Positions 35,601-45,659 of a stretch of DNA of 64,000 bases are shown piece after piece; the stretch's first letter is position 1, and every line of letters begins with the position of its first letter. The notes beneath the pieces are model-generated. The model was not told the origin of the DNA. It saw nothing but the letters and a program-made list of their open reading frames with translations, and made no database searches. The position numbers were made by a program, and so were the translations under genes. The stretch comes from Lujinxingia vulgaris (GTDB taxonomy: Bacteria > Myxococcota_A > Bradymonadia > Bradymonadales > Bradymonadaceae): NCBI GenBank assembly GCA_040393065.1, contig JBEBUW010000012.1, positions 932 through 64,931 on the forward strand, read 5' to 3'.

Positions 35601-36070
35601 AAAAATCCCGTCTTCGCCAGCCGTTCCTGCGCGCGCCGCTGGCCCTGCGTCGAATAAGGCTGCCCGATATACAGCCCGCTCAACTCCTTGAATCGATCGA
35701 TCGCAATCGGATTTCTGCACAAATCCAGATCGCACACCAGATTGATCTGCCCGATTGGCTTGCCGACAAACGGCGCATCCGCCGCCTCACGCGCCGCGCG
35801 CCGCGATTGCCGAGCGCTGTCGCTGCTGCCCGGCATGGAGCCAGGAACCTGAACCGCCCGGGCAGAATCTTCGGCACCGCTCGGCCCGGAGTTTTCCTGT
35901 TCCGAAGTGTGTAAAGTATGTGCCGTCCCGGATTCCTCTTCGAGCGCAAGAGCCACGACAGGCAGGCACAAGAAAGCAAAAAAAACGACCATACCCAATA
36001 GGCTCGTTCTCCTTGCTTTCCCGCTACTCTCCACAGCCTGACTACGTTGCGTCATGTTCCTCGATTTCAA
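32639..36070 (-). CDS. BamA/TamA-family outer-membrane protein (POTRA repeats plus Omp85 barrel)
   Basis: Repeated POTRA-like units (I..I.F.GN...). C-terminal barrel ending GSFHFNLGYTF (aromatic beta-signal). Start overlaps the tamB stop. The start is a TTG at 36070; an alternative ATG lies at 36055. Confidence 0.8.
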   Translation of the reverse strand: MKSRNMTQRSQAVESSGKARRTSLLGMVVFFAFLCLPVVALALEEESGTAHTLHTSEQENSGPSGAEDSARAVQVPGSMPGSSDSARQSRRAAREAADAPFVGKPIGQINLVCDLDLCRNPIAIDRFKELSGLYIGQPYSTQGQRRAQERLAKTGFFQSFEFSKELAGERVMLTIAARGAVLIRKVSFEGLSPPPFESELRKLLIYRPGQAYAEDDDKAEAQLSSLQAMFEREGYFGSKIEMIVENVGNQKHLVDLTFKIDKGEGLSVCDIGLRGVRAMRYSQARELLLTNLPFFTRRVPLVKPTFTTQDYRAGRDALIQQYRRLGYFRARIVEQAVQTDLDAGCARLLFDINEGPHWKLSFKGNQLFDADALISQLPFFASGYVDREAIAQAEHEIRKLYETRGYPFSRVQGQEIIVDRDTRSIEFEIREGPRLKINKILIHGNENLAASEITQGFGTQPYELFAAGGYLQTDQLLDDFSKVEALYRERGFLQAVVERFVLETLPSNDAMNVHIYIREGYKTLAERVDITGARVVPAGSLQALLGVSNGKSFVPLNVRADQARMIQHYASIGYPMTRIETSCRLLGGSEVACDAPQLAPECRATSLEDLRSMCTAEDEPRHKLTCEMIRDDERCKFEGGAIEANVRVRHTIEEGPRVRVGEILLKGNFRTSADLIYQELPLKTGERFNVNKVLEGQANMRSLGLFDSVSIETIGLEENLPGQGGSVDDELTAALVISVEESRSRYLDFKFGLEGRDLLGDSRRLLVTGEVQYNDSNLFGFGQRFRPRLIAAVDAFDLWSIGSDTMSDLGAAQKFSNLDYLVGAELIYTHPRFLKQWSRVDKLFLTITPFYMLDLLGVANDEVLREEWGLRLELRKELFELMDRLTLTFGIEAKQAATWTPDDPMVGNVRIFSPRRATGKLSPEVTLDRRDSPLNPRKGYHLQIKPQLVSGDALTQGAEDALGDSYLRLNFAASAYFTLWKDLVFGQSFRFGQIVPLFDRQTIVPPDERFYLGGVGSVRGFPTNSLGPVTGYQHGPGGELMLNYNAEFRFPLVKRWNVYGATFFDAGLLTDCFDEGNTRSTAGCYKNAFPATGALSNIRTTAGLGLRYLIVDQIPVLFDYGIVLNRRPGEDFGSFHFNLGYTF

Positions 36071-39000
36071 TCCAGCGGCAGCCGGTACTTCAGCTTCAGA
36101 TCGAGCAAAAAGCTGTTGGTTTCCGAGCGGCTACGCTCGCTGAGTTCCGCCGACCAGTTATCACTCAACTTATATTCGAGCTGATACTGCTGGCCGCCGC
36201 TTGCTTCGGCAAATCCGGTATCCAGCTGAAATCGCCAGCTCAACCTGCGCGTCAGCGTATCGCCGATCCGCAACTGGGTGCGCTCCACACCGGGCATAAT
36301 CGTAAATTCTTCAACCTTCACGACATCCTGAATTTCACGTTCCAACCGCCCGAGCAATGGCCCCAGCGCAATTTCCAACGTCGGCCGGCTCGCGCTCGAT
36401 GCCGTCAACTGGTCCACCGTACATCCTGTCAACAACATGCTCAAAATATCGCGCTGATCTGCGTACGGACTGCTCTCAAACTGCACATCCAGATTGTCCA
36501 GATTCCCGCGCGCATTGAGCGTAATATGATAATACTGCTGACGACTCGTATCGATATTCGCACTCAGCGACATCGCCGAGGAAATCTCATCAAAAACCTC
36601 GCCATCACGACATGTGTTCCGCACGTCCGCGCCGGCCACAATATCCACCCAGGGATTATCCAGGCTATCCGCAAAACGCACCGTTCCCGAACGCACTTCA
36701 AAGCGCTCTCCCTGAAACGACACGCTGCCATCAATGACCTCAACATCACCGACCACCCGCGGATTGACCAGCGTATTGCGCAGCTTCAAATCCACCCGCA
36801 ATTCCAGATCAAGCCCGATCCGATCGATCTGATTGCGCAGCTTGAATCCATCGCGCGCACGAATATCCAGATCAAAAACCGTATCCTTCAAGCCCGGAAT
36901 CTGGTTGATAAAATTCGTATCATAGCGCTCTGCACGTCGATTGAATGCGCCCAGCACACGGTCCGTAAGCTGCTTTTCCACCACATTCAGCTCGCGATAA
37001 TACAGACCGTCCAGCACGTTTACTTCGCCGCTCACAAACCAGGTTTCCATCCGCGCAATATCCGTGCCCTGCAAACGCAAATCCGTATCGAACGTCAAAT
37101 CCGCCATATTCGGAATTCGATAGCTCATATTATGGCTCCACATCCGCAGATCGAATCGATCTTCGCCCGACTCAGGCATCCGCATATTGCCCGCCAGCCG
37201 GACCATGCCCCCCAACGCCTGCCCGAGCAGCGGCCGAGCATTTGAAATAAAAATCCCCTCACGATTGAAGCGCACCTCGCCGCTGGAAATCAGCAGCGGC
37301 TCAGGCAGCGGCCGCAACACGATCTCCGACGGTGCAAACGTCAACAGCCCTTCTGCCGCCATATTGCCCGGCACACCGCGGATATTCGCGTCCACGGTGA
37401 CAAACCCTTGCGACTCCACAAAGAAATCCGGGAAAAGCCGCGGAAACGCCAGCCGCGCGCTGTTCAAAAGCCCCAGATCGAGATCGCCTTCCAGACGCAC
37501 GTCAATCAAGGACGAGTCAAAAACCAGACCACCCTGCAAACTCACAAAACGGCCGCCAATTCCAAAAACAGCCTGCTGAATCTGCAGAATTTCCCCGTTA
37601 TTGATACCGGCCACAAACGGTCCCCGATTTTTGATCGTCTGCCCGAACGACTCGAGCTGCACATCAATCAGATCCGCCACAACCTGATAATTCGAGAAAT
37701 CTTCGGCGACAAAAACCTCCACCGATCCCGTCACCAGCGCATCATCGATGATCCCCAGCCCGCGCACTTCCGGCACTGCCTGCAACACATTCAATGCATC
37801 CATCCGAATGTTCGCATAATACGGACTGCCCTTTTGCAGCGGCACTTCCAGCGCCACATTCACCCACGGCAACAACGCGCCCGCCAGATGAATCGTGTTC
37901 TCCGCCGTGTGGGCAACCAGCGCAACATCCCCCACACGCCGCGAACCGGCCCCGAGCTCATACAACCGCAAACTGCCCGAAATATCCGGCTTCGCCAACG
38001 TTCCCGTCCCCTGCACCTGCGCATCACCGCGCCCGACGACCTGAACCGGCAAATCCTGCAACTCACGCACATATTCAAAATTAAAGTCGTCCAGATTCAG
38101 CTCAAAATCCATGCCGCCATCAAACCCATAACGGCCTTTCCCATGCAGCTTCCCCGCACGCTCCGCATCGATCTCCAGCAGATCAACCCGCACCTCGCGC
38201 TCATCGAGTTCTCCTGCCAGACTCAACGCCCGTATCCGCTGCCCGCGCACGGCGCCGTCCCGGATATAAACCCCGAATTTGCCCTCGGGCCGCGCCGAAG
38301 TCCCTTGAATACTCGCGTCCAGATCTGCCAGGCCCTCCAGTGCAAGCTCCGGCGCAAACAACCTGCCCCATGGCTCCAAACGCCCATCATGCACCGACAG
38401 TTTCAGATCCATCGGTTTGACCGCCCGCACCTCCGGCACCATCGAACGCTCTTCATCCGCCCGCCGTGTATAATACGTCGGCACCTCCAACAGACCGATT
38501 TCCCCACGCAGCCGCGCGTCGCCCGCCCGCGACGTAAACCAGAACTCATCGAGCTCCAGCACACCGCGCCTCAGTGCAAACGTCATCCGCGCCTGCTCTC
38601 CCTCGACTGACCCTCCCTCCCACGAAAAAGCCGGTTCCGTCAGCACCGCCTTTGTATCCAGATCCGGCATCCCGATCATGCCACGCATCTTCAAATCAAT
38701 ATCCAGCGCGCCGCTCAACCCCGGCAGCCCATAACTGGCCGCCAGATCGCTCGCGTCCGCAAAACGCGCGCGCACGCGCGCTTCCTTGCCCAGCGAAGTG
38801 CGCTCCATCATCATCGTTTGATAATTCATCTGGAAATCCCAGATTTCCGCCTGATCACTTCCCCGCCCCAGCCCAACCCGTGCATACGGCACACCCACAC
38901 GCGACAGATCTACCCACGCTGTGCTCCCCGCACTCAACACCGCCACATCCACCGGCACCAGCTCACGACTCTGACGCGCCAGCGTCACCGGTCGCGTCAA

Positions 39001-40359
39001 CACCAGATCTGCATACCGCCCCACCGTGTGATTCCGCAGCTGAAACGGCCCTTCCCCACGATATTCCGGCCCCGAAGGAATCTCGCCGACCAGCATTACC
39101 CCGCCCCTTGCACGCCCCTCCAGCCACGGCAAATCGACCTTAAAATCACGCAACACACCTGCCGGATTCACTCCCTCAAAATCCGCGATCACACCGTAAC
39201 GCGTATCGAGCAGACTGAAATACGCATACGGAAACGTCAGCCGCCCGCCATGAACCCGCGCGCTGCCCTCCTTCATCGTCAAAAACCGATCCTCAAGCGT
39301 CATCCGCGCCCGAATATCCTCAAAAAATAGCCCGGCAACTTCGAAAACGCTCGAATAAACCTCCAGCTCCCCATCGATTTCCTCCAACGTCCCCGCCGCG
39401 CTCACCGTCAATTCCGGAATCTCAAAATGCAAATTCTCGCGCAAAAAATACTTCAGCAGCGGACTCCAATAAGGCGCCGTCAGCTTACCTCGCGCATCAT
39501 AATGCATCTGCGTTCCCTCCTCCGGCCCTCCCGACGGAAACGACATGCGCCCGTTCACATCCAGCTCAAAACCCTCGACATTGGCCAGAACCTGCTCAAC
39601 CAGAAACCCCTCATTTGCCCAGCGCCAGTTTCGCACCTCAAAGTCACGCACCGTGAACGTCCAGTTGCCATGACGCTCATCAAAACGAAAAAGATGCGGA
39701 TAAAACACAAAATCTGCGCTGGGAACCAGAAGATGATCCACCGTCATCAACAACGTCGCAGGCTCCACAAATACCGAGCCTTTCTCGATATTTACGTCCG
39801 GTATTTTGAGCGTAAATATCGAATGCACAAACTCAAACTCTGAATCTTCAATCCGAATATCGGCAAACCCGATCGAAAAACCGCGCGGCTCCCTGACCTC
39901 CGGCTCTTCCTCCTTCTCTTCGTCGTCGTCGCTAAAACCCAACGCGTCAAAAAGATTGAACGTACCGTCTTCGCCTTCGCCAAACTTCAAGCTCACCCAC
40001 GCCCCGACCGCATGCGCTTTATCAAACTGCACCCGCCCCCTTAGCAACAAAAGCGGATTGATCGTCGCATGAATCGCCCGCGCCGTAATCACCGGCTCAC
40101 GCTCCGGCGTCAACATACTCGCCTGATACACATGAACTTTCGTCAAACTCGGCTCAATATCGAGATTTGTCGTCTCAATATAGCCCCCCAGAACGTCATG
40201 CAGCTTGTTGTTGAGCGTCTGTAGAAACCACCCGGAATTTAGAAAAAAATAAACCAGGACATACACGCTCAGGATACAGAGCACCGGAACAAAAAAGATC
40301 AGCGGGATCTTAATGTGGCTGCGGTAAACCCGAAACTCAATTTCGTCCAGTAATGCCAT
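36067..40359 (-). CDS. tamB: TamB/AsmA-like translocation and assembly module protein
   Basis: 1430 aa. N-terminal membrane anchor IPLIFFVPVLCILSVYVLVYFF. Long beta-rich body. DUF490-like C terminus. Immediately upstream of and overlapping the Omp85-family gene. Confidence 0.7.
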   Translation of the reverse strand: MALLDEIEFRVYRSHIKIPLIFFVPVLCILSVYVLVYFFLNSGWFLQTLNNKLHDVLGGYIETTNLDIEPSLTKVHVYQASMLTPEREPVITARAIHATINPLLLLRGRVQFDKAHAVGAWVSLKFGEGEDGTFNLFDALGFSDDDEEKEEEPEVREPRGFSIGFADIRIEDSEFEFVHSIFTLKIPDVNIEKGSVFVEPATLLMTVDHLLVPSADFVFYPHLFRFDERHGNWTFTVRDFEVRNWRWANEGFLVEQVLANVEGFELDVNGRMSFPSGGPEEGTQMHYDARGKLTAPYWSPLLKYFLRENLHFEIPELTVSAAGTLEEIDGELEVYSSVFEVAGLFFEDIRARMTLEDRFLTMKEGSARVHGGRLTFPYAYFSLLDTRYGVIADFEGVNPAGVLRDFKVDLPWLEGRARGGVMLVGEIPSGPEYRGEGPFQLRNHTVGRYADLVLTRPVTLARQSRELVPVDVAVLSAGSTAWVDLSRVGVPYARVGLGRGSDQAEIWDFQMNYQTMMMERTSLGKEARVRARFADASDLAASYGLPGLSGALDIDLKMRGMIGMPDLDTKAVLTEPAFSWEGGSVEGEQARMTFALRRGVLELDEFWFTSRAGDARLRGEIGLLEVPTYYTRRADEERSMVPEVRAVKPMDLKLSVHDGRLEPWGRLFAPELALEGLADLDASIQGTSARPEGKFGVYIRDGAVRGQRIRALSLAGELDEREVRVDLLEIDAERAGKLHGKGRYGFDGGMDFELNLDDFNFEYVRELQDLPVQVVGRGDAQVQGTGTLAKPDISGSLRLYELGAGSRRVGDVALVAHTAENTIHLAGALLPWVNVALEVPLQKGSPYYANIRMDALNVLQAVPEVRGLGIIDDALVTGSVEVFVAEDFSNYQVVADLIDVQLESFGQTIKNRGPFVAGINNGEILQIQQAVFGIGGRFVSLQGGLVFDSSLIDVRLEGDLDLGLLNSARLAFPRLFPDFFVESQGFVTVDANIRGVPGNMAAEGLLTFAPSEIVLRPLPEPLLISSGEVRFNREGIFISNARPLLGQALGGMVRLAGNMRMPESGEDRFDLRMWSHNMSYRIPNMADLTFDTDLRLQGTDIARMETWFVSGEVNVLDGLYYRELNVVEKQLTDRVLGAFNRRAERYDTNFINQIPGLKDTVFDLDIRARDGFKLRNQIDRIGLDLELRVDLKLRNTLVNPRVVGDVEVIDGSVSFQGERFEVRSGTVRFADSLDNPWVDIVAGADVRNTCRDGEVFDEISSAMSLSANIDTSRQQYYHITLNARGNLDNLDVQFESSPYADQRDILSMLLTGCTVDQLTASSASRPTLEIALGPLLGRLEREIQDVVKVEEFTIMPGVERTQLRIGDTLTRRLSWRFQLDTGFAEASGGQQYQLEYKLSDNWSAELSERSRSETNSFLLDLKLKYRLPLD

Positions 40360-40941
40360 GATTCTATTCGTAAAGCCGATGGCTTCAGGCGTTGCCTAAA
40401 ACAACGAAGACTTTTCAAGCCCCTTCGGCAAGCCCTGTACTTTGCGCCAGCAATTGTCTCGGATTTCGCTTATAAAAACCGCGTTCATCCGAACAAATCG
40501 CAAAGGGAAACCACATCCAGCCGCGATCCTATTGCCGGCGCACACGCGAAATCTCCGTTTCCTTGGACGCAGGCCGCGGCGATTTAATCATTGAACGGCC
40601 CACATGGAAAGGATGCTCGCCATTTGCCTCCATACTTTCTGTGCAAATTAAACCGACTCAGAAATTCTCACCAAAATATCGGCAACCGCTTTCGCCGCAT
40701 CAGCACTGGCCCAAACAACGTTCATCAAAGACTGCTGCCGCCTCGAAACACGTCATTTTTCACTTTTCTATCAATTTCTAATATTCTTTTTATAAAAAAT
40801 ACATACCCTCGAATTGCCTCACCGAGGCGCTTATTTGCGCACCTGATTTTTTCCCGGCATTGCCTCCTCTCAGAATTTACAGACGCTTCATAGAAATCTT
40901 ACTGTTTTAGCCAAACGGCGTTTTTTCAACGATGCACGCGG

Positions 40942-40971
40942 TTGACAATAACGACATCTCGAACATACTGT
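40942..40971 (+). promoter_or_regulatory. candidate sigma70-type promoter for 41024..41455
   Basis: Consensus -35 TTGACA (40942-40947), 18-nt spacer, TACTGT (40966-40971). Confidence 0.35.
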
Positions 40972-41023
40972 GCAAGTTACCTCGTAGTTGGTCGATATTC
41001 CCCTACCCAGGCAGTCCCTACCA

Positions 41024-41455
41024 ATGGCCGAAAACAAGACGCGAAAACGAACCGCCAACAAGCGCGGTGCCCGCAAGGGACTGCGGCGAAGCAAAACCAT
41101 AGCCCTCAAAAAACTCAGCGACGAAGAACGCCTTGAGATCGCCGCGGTACTTGAAGATCTGGACGCTCTCCGCCCCAAAGACCGCGCAGATTGCCGCACC
41201 GGCGAACGTCCTTGCCCCTTTGTTTCCTGCAAATACCATCTGTATCTGGACGTAAATCCCCACACAGGCTCGATCAAACTCAACTTCCCCGATCTCGAAG
41301 TCTGGGAGCTCGCAGAAACCTGCGCACTTGATGTAGCAGATCGTGGTGGAATGACACTTGAAGAAGTCGGCGAGTTGCTTAATCTCACCCGGGAGCGAAT
41401 CCGTCAGGTGGAATCGACTGGACTTGAGAAGCTCCGTGACGAATACGACGACTGA
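41024..41455 (+). CDS. sigma-70 region-4-like HTH DNA-binding protein
   Basis: [29 protein letters not shown] is a sigma region 4.2-type HTH. Basic N terminus. No region 2 is present. Confidence 0.65.
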   Translation: MAENKTRKRTANKRGARKGLRRSKTIALKKLSDEERLEIAAVLEDLDALRPKDRADCRTGERPCPFVSCKYHLYLDVNPHTGSIKLNFPDLEVWELAETCALDVADRGGMTLEEVGELLNLTRERIRQVESTGLEKLRDEYDD

Positions 41456-41530
41456 GTTTATCGGCGATTCCTGTTTAATTTCGGCCACAGCAGTACCGGG
41501 CCTTTACCCAAGACTGTTTGAGCCAATCCT

Positions 41531-43126
41531 ATGCCTGAAAAAAACCAGCCTTTTGCCCTCTTCAGTGTTTCTGACAAAACCGGGATTCTGGCCTTTGCAA
41601 AGCAACTGATCAGCCTCGGTTTCACAATCATTTCTACCGGCGGCACAGCCCAGCACCTCCGCGACGGCGGCGTCGATGTCCTGCCCGTAAGTGACATCAC
41701 CGGCATCGAAGAACTCTTCGATGGCCGCGTAAAAACGCTGCATCCCTACATCCACGGTGCGCTTCTGGCCGATCGCTCTAACCCCGGCCACCGCAAGCAG
41801 CTCGAACAACTCGACCTACCGGATATTCAACTGGTGGTCGTCAATCTTTATCCTTTCACCAGCGTCATTTCCAACGACAGCCCCTGGGATCAGGCGATCG
41901 AGAATATCGATATTGGCGGCCCGGCCATGATTCGTGCTGCCGCCAAGAACCATCACTCGATCACCGTCGTTACCGATCCGGGCGATTTCTCGCGCGTTTA
42001 TGAAACCCTGACCGCGACTTCCCCCGGCGCCACAGACGATACCGGACTCCTCAGCCTGCGCCGTGAACTCGCCCTCAAGGCCTTCCAACATACGGCTGAT
42101 TACGACGCTGCCATTGTTCGTTTTTTCGAAGCCAAACAAAGCGCCGCGCCCTCCAACAAGCCCGCTGCAAAAAACGCCGAGCTGCCGCAATTGCCCCCGC
42201 AATTCGACCTCACGCTGATGCAAGATCAGCAACTTCGTTACGGTGAAAACCCGCACCAACACGCTGCTCTCTACAAAAACCACGCCGACCCCGCATTCGG
42301 CGGTATGGAACAACTCCACGGCAAAGAACTCAGCTACAACAACATCGTCGATCTGGATGCCGCGCTCGAGCTTATCTGGGAGTTTGAACGTCCCGCAGCC
42401 ACCATCATCAAACACACCAATCCTGCCGGCTGCTCCCACGCCGATTCCCTCGAAAATGCCTATATCTGGGCGCTTCAAGCCGATCCGATCAGCGCATTCG
42501 GCGGCATCGTCGCACTCAACCGCACCGTCAACAGTGCGCTGGCCCATCGCATGAACGAACACTTCTTCGAAATCATCGCTGCGCCTGATTTTGAACCCGA
42601 CGCGCTGGAAATTCTCCAGCAAAAAGCCAATATCCGCCTGATCCGCTGGAAACACCCCACACAACCACGCCTGGCGCTCCGTGCGACTTCCCTTGGAATC
42701 CTCGCACAAACGCCCGACCCCAGGATTACGCTGGCCACACACGGCCTCCAGATCCCGACACGGCGCGGACCCACCGACACCGAACTCGAAGACCTCCAAT
42801 TCGCCTGGAAAGTCTGCAAGCATGTCAAATCCAACGCCATCGTCCTCGCCAACAAAGGCCGCACCATCGGCGTTGGCGCCGGCCAGATGAGCCGTGTCGA
42901 CTCCGTAGAACTCGCCATAAAAAAATGCGCGAGCTCTCCCGCAGGCTCCGTAATGGCCAGCGACGCATTTTTCCCTTTCCGTGACGGGATCGACGCAGCC
43001 GCCCGCGCCGGAATCCGCGCCATCATTCAACCCGGCGGCTCCAAACGCGACCCGGAAGTTATCGCGGCTTGCGATGCACAAAACATCGCCATGATCTTCA
43101 CCGGCCGACGGCACTTCCGCCACTAA
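41531..43126 (+). CDS. purH: bifunctional AICAR transformylase / IMP cyclohydrolase
   Basis: [14 protein letters not shown]...[42 protein letters not shown]-terminal QPGGS.RD. Confidence 0.95.
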   Translation: MPEKNQPFALFSVSDKTGILAFAKQLISLGFTIISTGGTAQHLRDGGVDVLPVSDITGIEELFDGRVKTLHPYIHGALLADRSNPGHRKQLEQLDLPDIQLVVVNLYPFTSVISNDSPWDQAIENIDIGGPAMIRAAAKNHHSITVVTDPGDFSRVYETLTATSPGATDDTGLLSLRRELALKAFQHTADYDAAIVRFFEAKQSAAPSNKPAAKNAELPQLPPQFDLTLMQDQQLRYGENPHQHAALYKNHADPAFGGMEQLHGKELSYNNIVDLDAALELIWEFERPAATIIKHTNPAGCSHADSLENAYIWALQADPISAFGGIVALNRTVNSALAHRMNEHFFEIIAAPDFEPDALEILQQKANIRLIRWKHPTQPRLALRATSLGILAQTPDPRITLATHGLQIPTRRGPTDTELEDLQFAWKVCKHVKSNAIVLANKGRTIGVGAGQMSRVDSVELAIKKCASSPAGSVMASDAFFPFRDGIDAAARAGIRAIIQPGGSKRDPEVIAACDAQNIAMIFTGRRHFRH

Positions 43127-43166
43127 GCCACATCGGATCTCTTCCATCCGAACTTTCTGCTCTAAC

Positions 43167-43212
43167 AAAAAAGCGCTCCCGGATATTTTCGATATCCAGG
43201 AGCGCTTTTTTT
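43167..43212. terminator. bidirectional rho-independent terminator
   Basis: AAAAAAGCGCTCCCGGATAT-loop-ATATCCAGGAGCGCTTTTTTT between convergent purH and 43234..45414(-). Confidence 0.8.
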
Positions 43213-43233
43213 CATTTCACCAGCGATAACTTC

Positions 43234-45414
43234 TCAGTCCTTTCCAAACAGCTTGGAAATAAACCCTTTGCGCTTCTTCTCCACGATGATTTCAGGCACA
43301 GCAAACGGAGAATTTACAACCGGCGGCAGCGGCAAATCATCATCGCCCAGCAATTCATCAAGAACATCGCGCTGCCTGTCTTCCTCTGAAACCGCGCTTT
43401 TAGCTTCCAACTCTTTTTGTGCATTCGCCAAAAGTGCCGACAAACTATCAGGTTCGTCATCAACTTCAGGCGAAGATGGCACATTCAACCCATGACTGAG
43501 CGATAAACCCTCACCCAGCGAAAGGCCACCATCGTCCTCAGCACCGCTGTCTTCCAGAGCGCCTAGCAATGACAAAAGCTCCGAAGGATCTGCTTCCTGC
43601 TTCTCCTCAACAGCATCTGCCACAGGCGCAGGCTCAGGTTCTGAATCAGGCACTGGCGGAAGTGGCGGAACCTGGTCAACAATCTCCTCAGAAACGTCTT
43701 CATCCATGATAAATGAAAACGAACCCTCGGAAGCACTCGATTCCACAAGCCCAATAGCTTCTTCGCTTTCGACTTCTTCTACGGATTCAGGTGCAGAAGG
43801 ATCCGCCAGCAGACTCTCTAGCTCCAAAGCTTCTGGTGCAGCTTCAGCGGCTTCCTCCACGATAAACCCATCAGCAGAAACCGGTTCGCTCTCCTCGCCA
43901 AAAAGCAGAGCCGCCAGGCTGTCCTCCGATGATTCTTCAACCTCAGCATCCGAAGACGGAACTTCCAGGGGCGCTGCAGGCGGCATCGACACGGGTTGCA
44001 ACAAGGCAGGTTCGTCCAGCATCCCTGCATCTTCCATCGCCTCGATTTCGGCCGCAATCTCATCCAAAGCGCCGTGCGCTTCCCCGACCTCCGACTTTTC
44101 TTCTTCTTCCTCTTCTGCCTGAGAAGTCGCAAACTCTACAGCGTTCTCTGCACTTTCATCTTCGCCGTCTGAATCACCGAAAGCACCACCGAAGGCACTG
44201 CCAAACACGTCATCAAACATCGAATCGACGTCGTCTTCGCTGCCAAGCGCAAATTGCTCAAAGTCACGATCCACCGCTTCATCAGCGCTGCCATCAAACG
44301 AATGGATCTGTAAACCGCCACGCGTTTCCCGAACGACGCGCGGAGCAATCGTGTCGTCCTCGACAACATCAGCTGCATCTTCTTCGCCAGCAATTTTCAA
44401 CTGTTCTTCAGCAACGACCTCTTGCGAAGCATCCTCAGCTGCTGCATCCGCAGAAACTTCCGACAAAGAGAACGCAGGAAAATCCATCAAATCCTGCTCG
44501 TCTTGCTCCTCGCCTCCATCAAAAACCAGGGAATCCCCGGCCACGGGCTCTTCCGCGTCAAATTCAGGCTCAGAAAGCTCCAATTCAAAATGGAAATCAA
44601 CATCAGCCGATGCGTCTTCTTTTGAAAAAACTTGCTCGGACTCCGGCGCTTCAAAATCATCCGCATCAAAACCAAACAGATCGAGGCTCAACTCACCCGA
44701 CCCGGCCGTACCGATTTCCTCGGACTCCGGCCCCCAATCCTGCGAAGGGTGAGCCGTCATCGATTGGCTTTCAGCAAGAGCGTCATCATGAATATCTTCA
44801 TGAATATCTTCGTCTTCAACAACCGACTCCGCAGGCTTCTCGCCATAAGTCGAGGCACCAAGCCCTGCCAATTCTGACGCCTGCAAACGCCCTGTCCGAT
44901 CGGTAAACAAAGCACCCAGATCTTCATCGCTATCTTCGATTCCTGCTCTGACACTGGAATGCGCCAGATCTGCCAGCGAATAACTCCCGGTGGTTGCTTC
45001 CTGCACCCCGGATTCTATGGCGTCAGAGTTCGAAAAATTGGCTGCATCGTTTTCATCCGACAAAAGATCGACGCCCAACTTCTCAACTTCCTTCAGCGCG
45101 ACAATGCGATCGATCAAAACTTTGGAATCCTGACTAAGTTTTGTGAACTTAACGAGCATTCCAATCGGACTATCGGCATCTTCTGATTCCAGCCCGCGGA
45201 TCTGACGCACAATACCTTCGCCCAACAGAGCCGTTGCGCCATCACCCAGCACAAACTGAAAGCGAACCGTTGTGCCTACAGGCTTTAATTTTGCAGGCAT
45301 CATCGGGATGAACATGCCACCGGCAGTTACATAGCGCGAATAGCCATCAATAAATTCATCGACCGACTCGTAACGAAGGCGAGCACGAATTGCGGAGAAA
45401 TTTGGTTCCGTCAC
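43234..45414 (-). CDS. PilZ (TIGR02266-type) domain protein with about 600-aa highly acidic low-complexity region
   Basis: N terminus RARLRYESVDEFIDGYSRYVTAGGMFIPM...PVGTTVRFQFVL..G....GEGIVRQI. The remainder is D/E/S/A-rich. GTG start. Confidence 0.7.
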   Translation of the reverse strand: MTEPNFSAIRARLRYESVDEFIDGYSRYVTAGGMFIPMMPAKLKPVGTTVRFQFVLGDGATALLGEGIVRQIRGLESEDADSPIGMLVKFTKLSQDSKVLIDRIVALKEVEKLGVDLLSDENDAANFSNSDAIESGVQEATTGSYSLADLAHSSVRAGIEDSDEDLGALFTDRTGRLQASELAGLGASTYGEKPAESVVEDEDIHEDIHDDALAESQSMTAHPSQDWGPESEEIGTAGSGELSLDLFGFDADDFEAPESEQVFSKEDASADVDFHFELELSEPEFDAEEPVAGDSLVFDGGEEQDEQDLMDFPAFSLSEVSADAAAEDASQEVVAEEQLKIAGEEDAADVVEDDTIAPRVVRETRGGLQIHSFDGSADEAVDRDFEQFALGSEDDVDSMFDDVFGSAFGGAFGDSDGEDESAENAVEFATSQAEEEEEEKSEVGEAHGALDEIAAEIEAMEDAGMLDEPALLQPVSMPPAAPLEVPSSDAEVEESSEDSLAALLFGEESEPVSADGFIVEEAAEAAPEALELESLLADPSAPESVEEVESEEAIGLVESSASEGSFSFIMDEDVSEEIVDQVPPLPPVPDSEPEPAPVADAVEEKQEADPSELLSLLGALEDSGAEDDGGLSLGEGLSLSHGLNVPSSPEVDDEPDSLSALLANAQKELEAKSAVSEEDRQRDVLDELLGDDDLPLPPVVNSPFAVPEIIVEKKRKGFISKLFGKD

Positions 45415-45659
45415 AAAAATTCCTCTTGACGTTCAGATTGCGTGTAGTCTGGCCGATCCCGAACGGTGGGGGCGGTCAGCAACCGCTTCAAAAACTACTC
45501 TTGTTACCTTATCACGGCTGACAACAGGCGACGAGCTTCCCGGTCTGCATCGACCATATTCGTTCACCGCCTGCCGTGAAAATCCGAAAAACCGCTACCC
45601 AAAGTATCGATATTTTCTAGTAAAAAAAGCCTAGAATACACTCTTTTTTACGAAAAACA

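Noticed and set aside
32732-35914. A 1060-aa uninterrupted ORF on the + strand, antisense to the Omp85-family gene.
   Set aside because: The opposite frame encodes a recognisable POTRA/Omp85 protein with a proper beta-signal. The antisense product is R/Q/I/H/L-rich low complexity with no motif. Long stop-free antisense frames are expected with this strong codon bias. Ribo-seq or proteomics would be needed to revive it.
35755-39843. A series of + strand ORFs (496, 400, 189, 170 and 138 aa) antisense to tamB.
   Set aside because: Same reasoning as above: low-complexity R/H/Q/P/I products fully contained in a coherent 1430-aa gene.
41816-43168. A 450-aa minus-strand ORF antisense to purH. Similar antisense ORFs occur in recA, cinA, hsdM and the kinase genes.
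   Set aside because: The sense genes are highly conserved housekeeping proteins, and the antisense ORFs have no start context or motifs.
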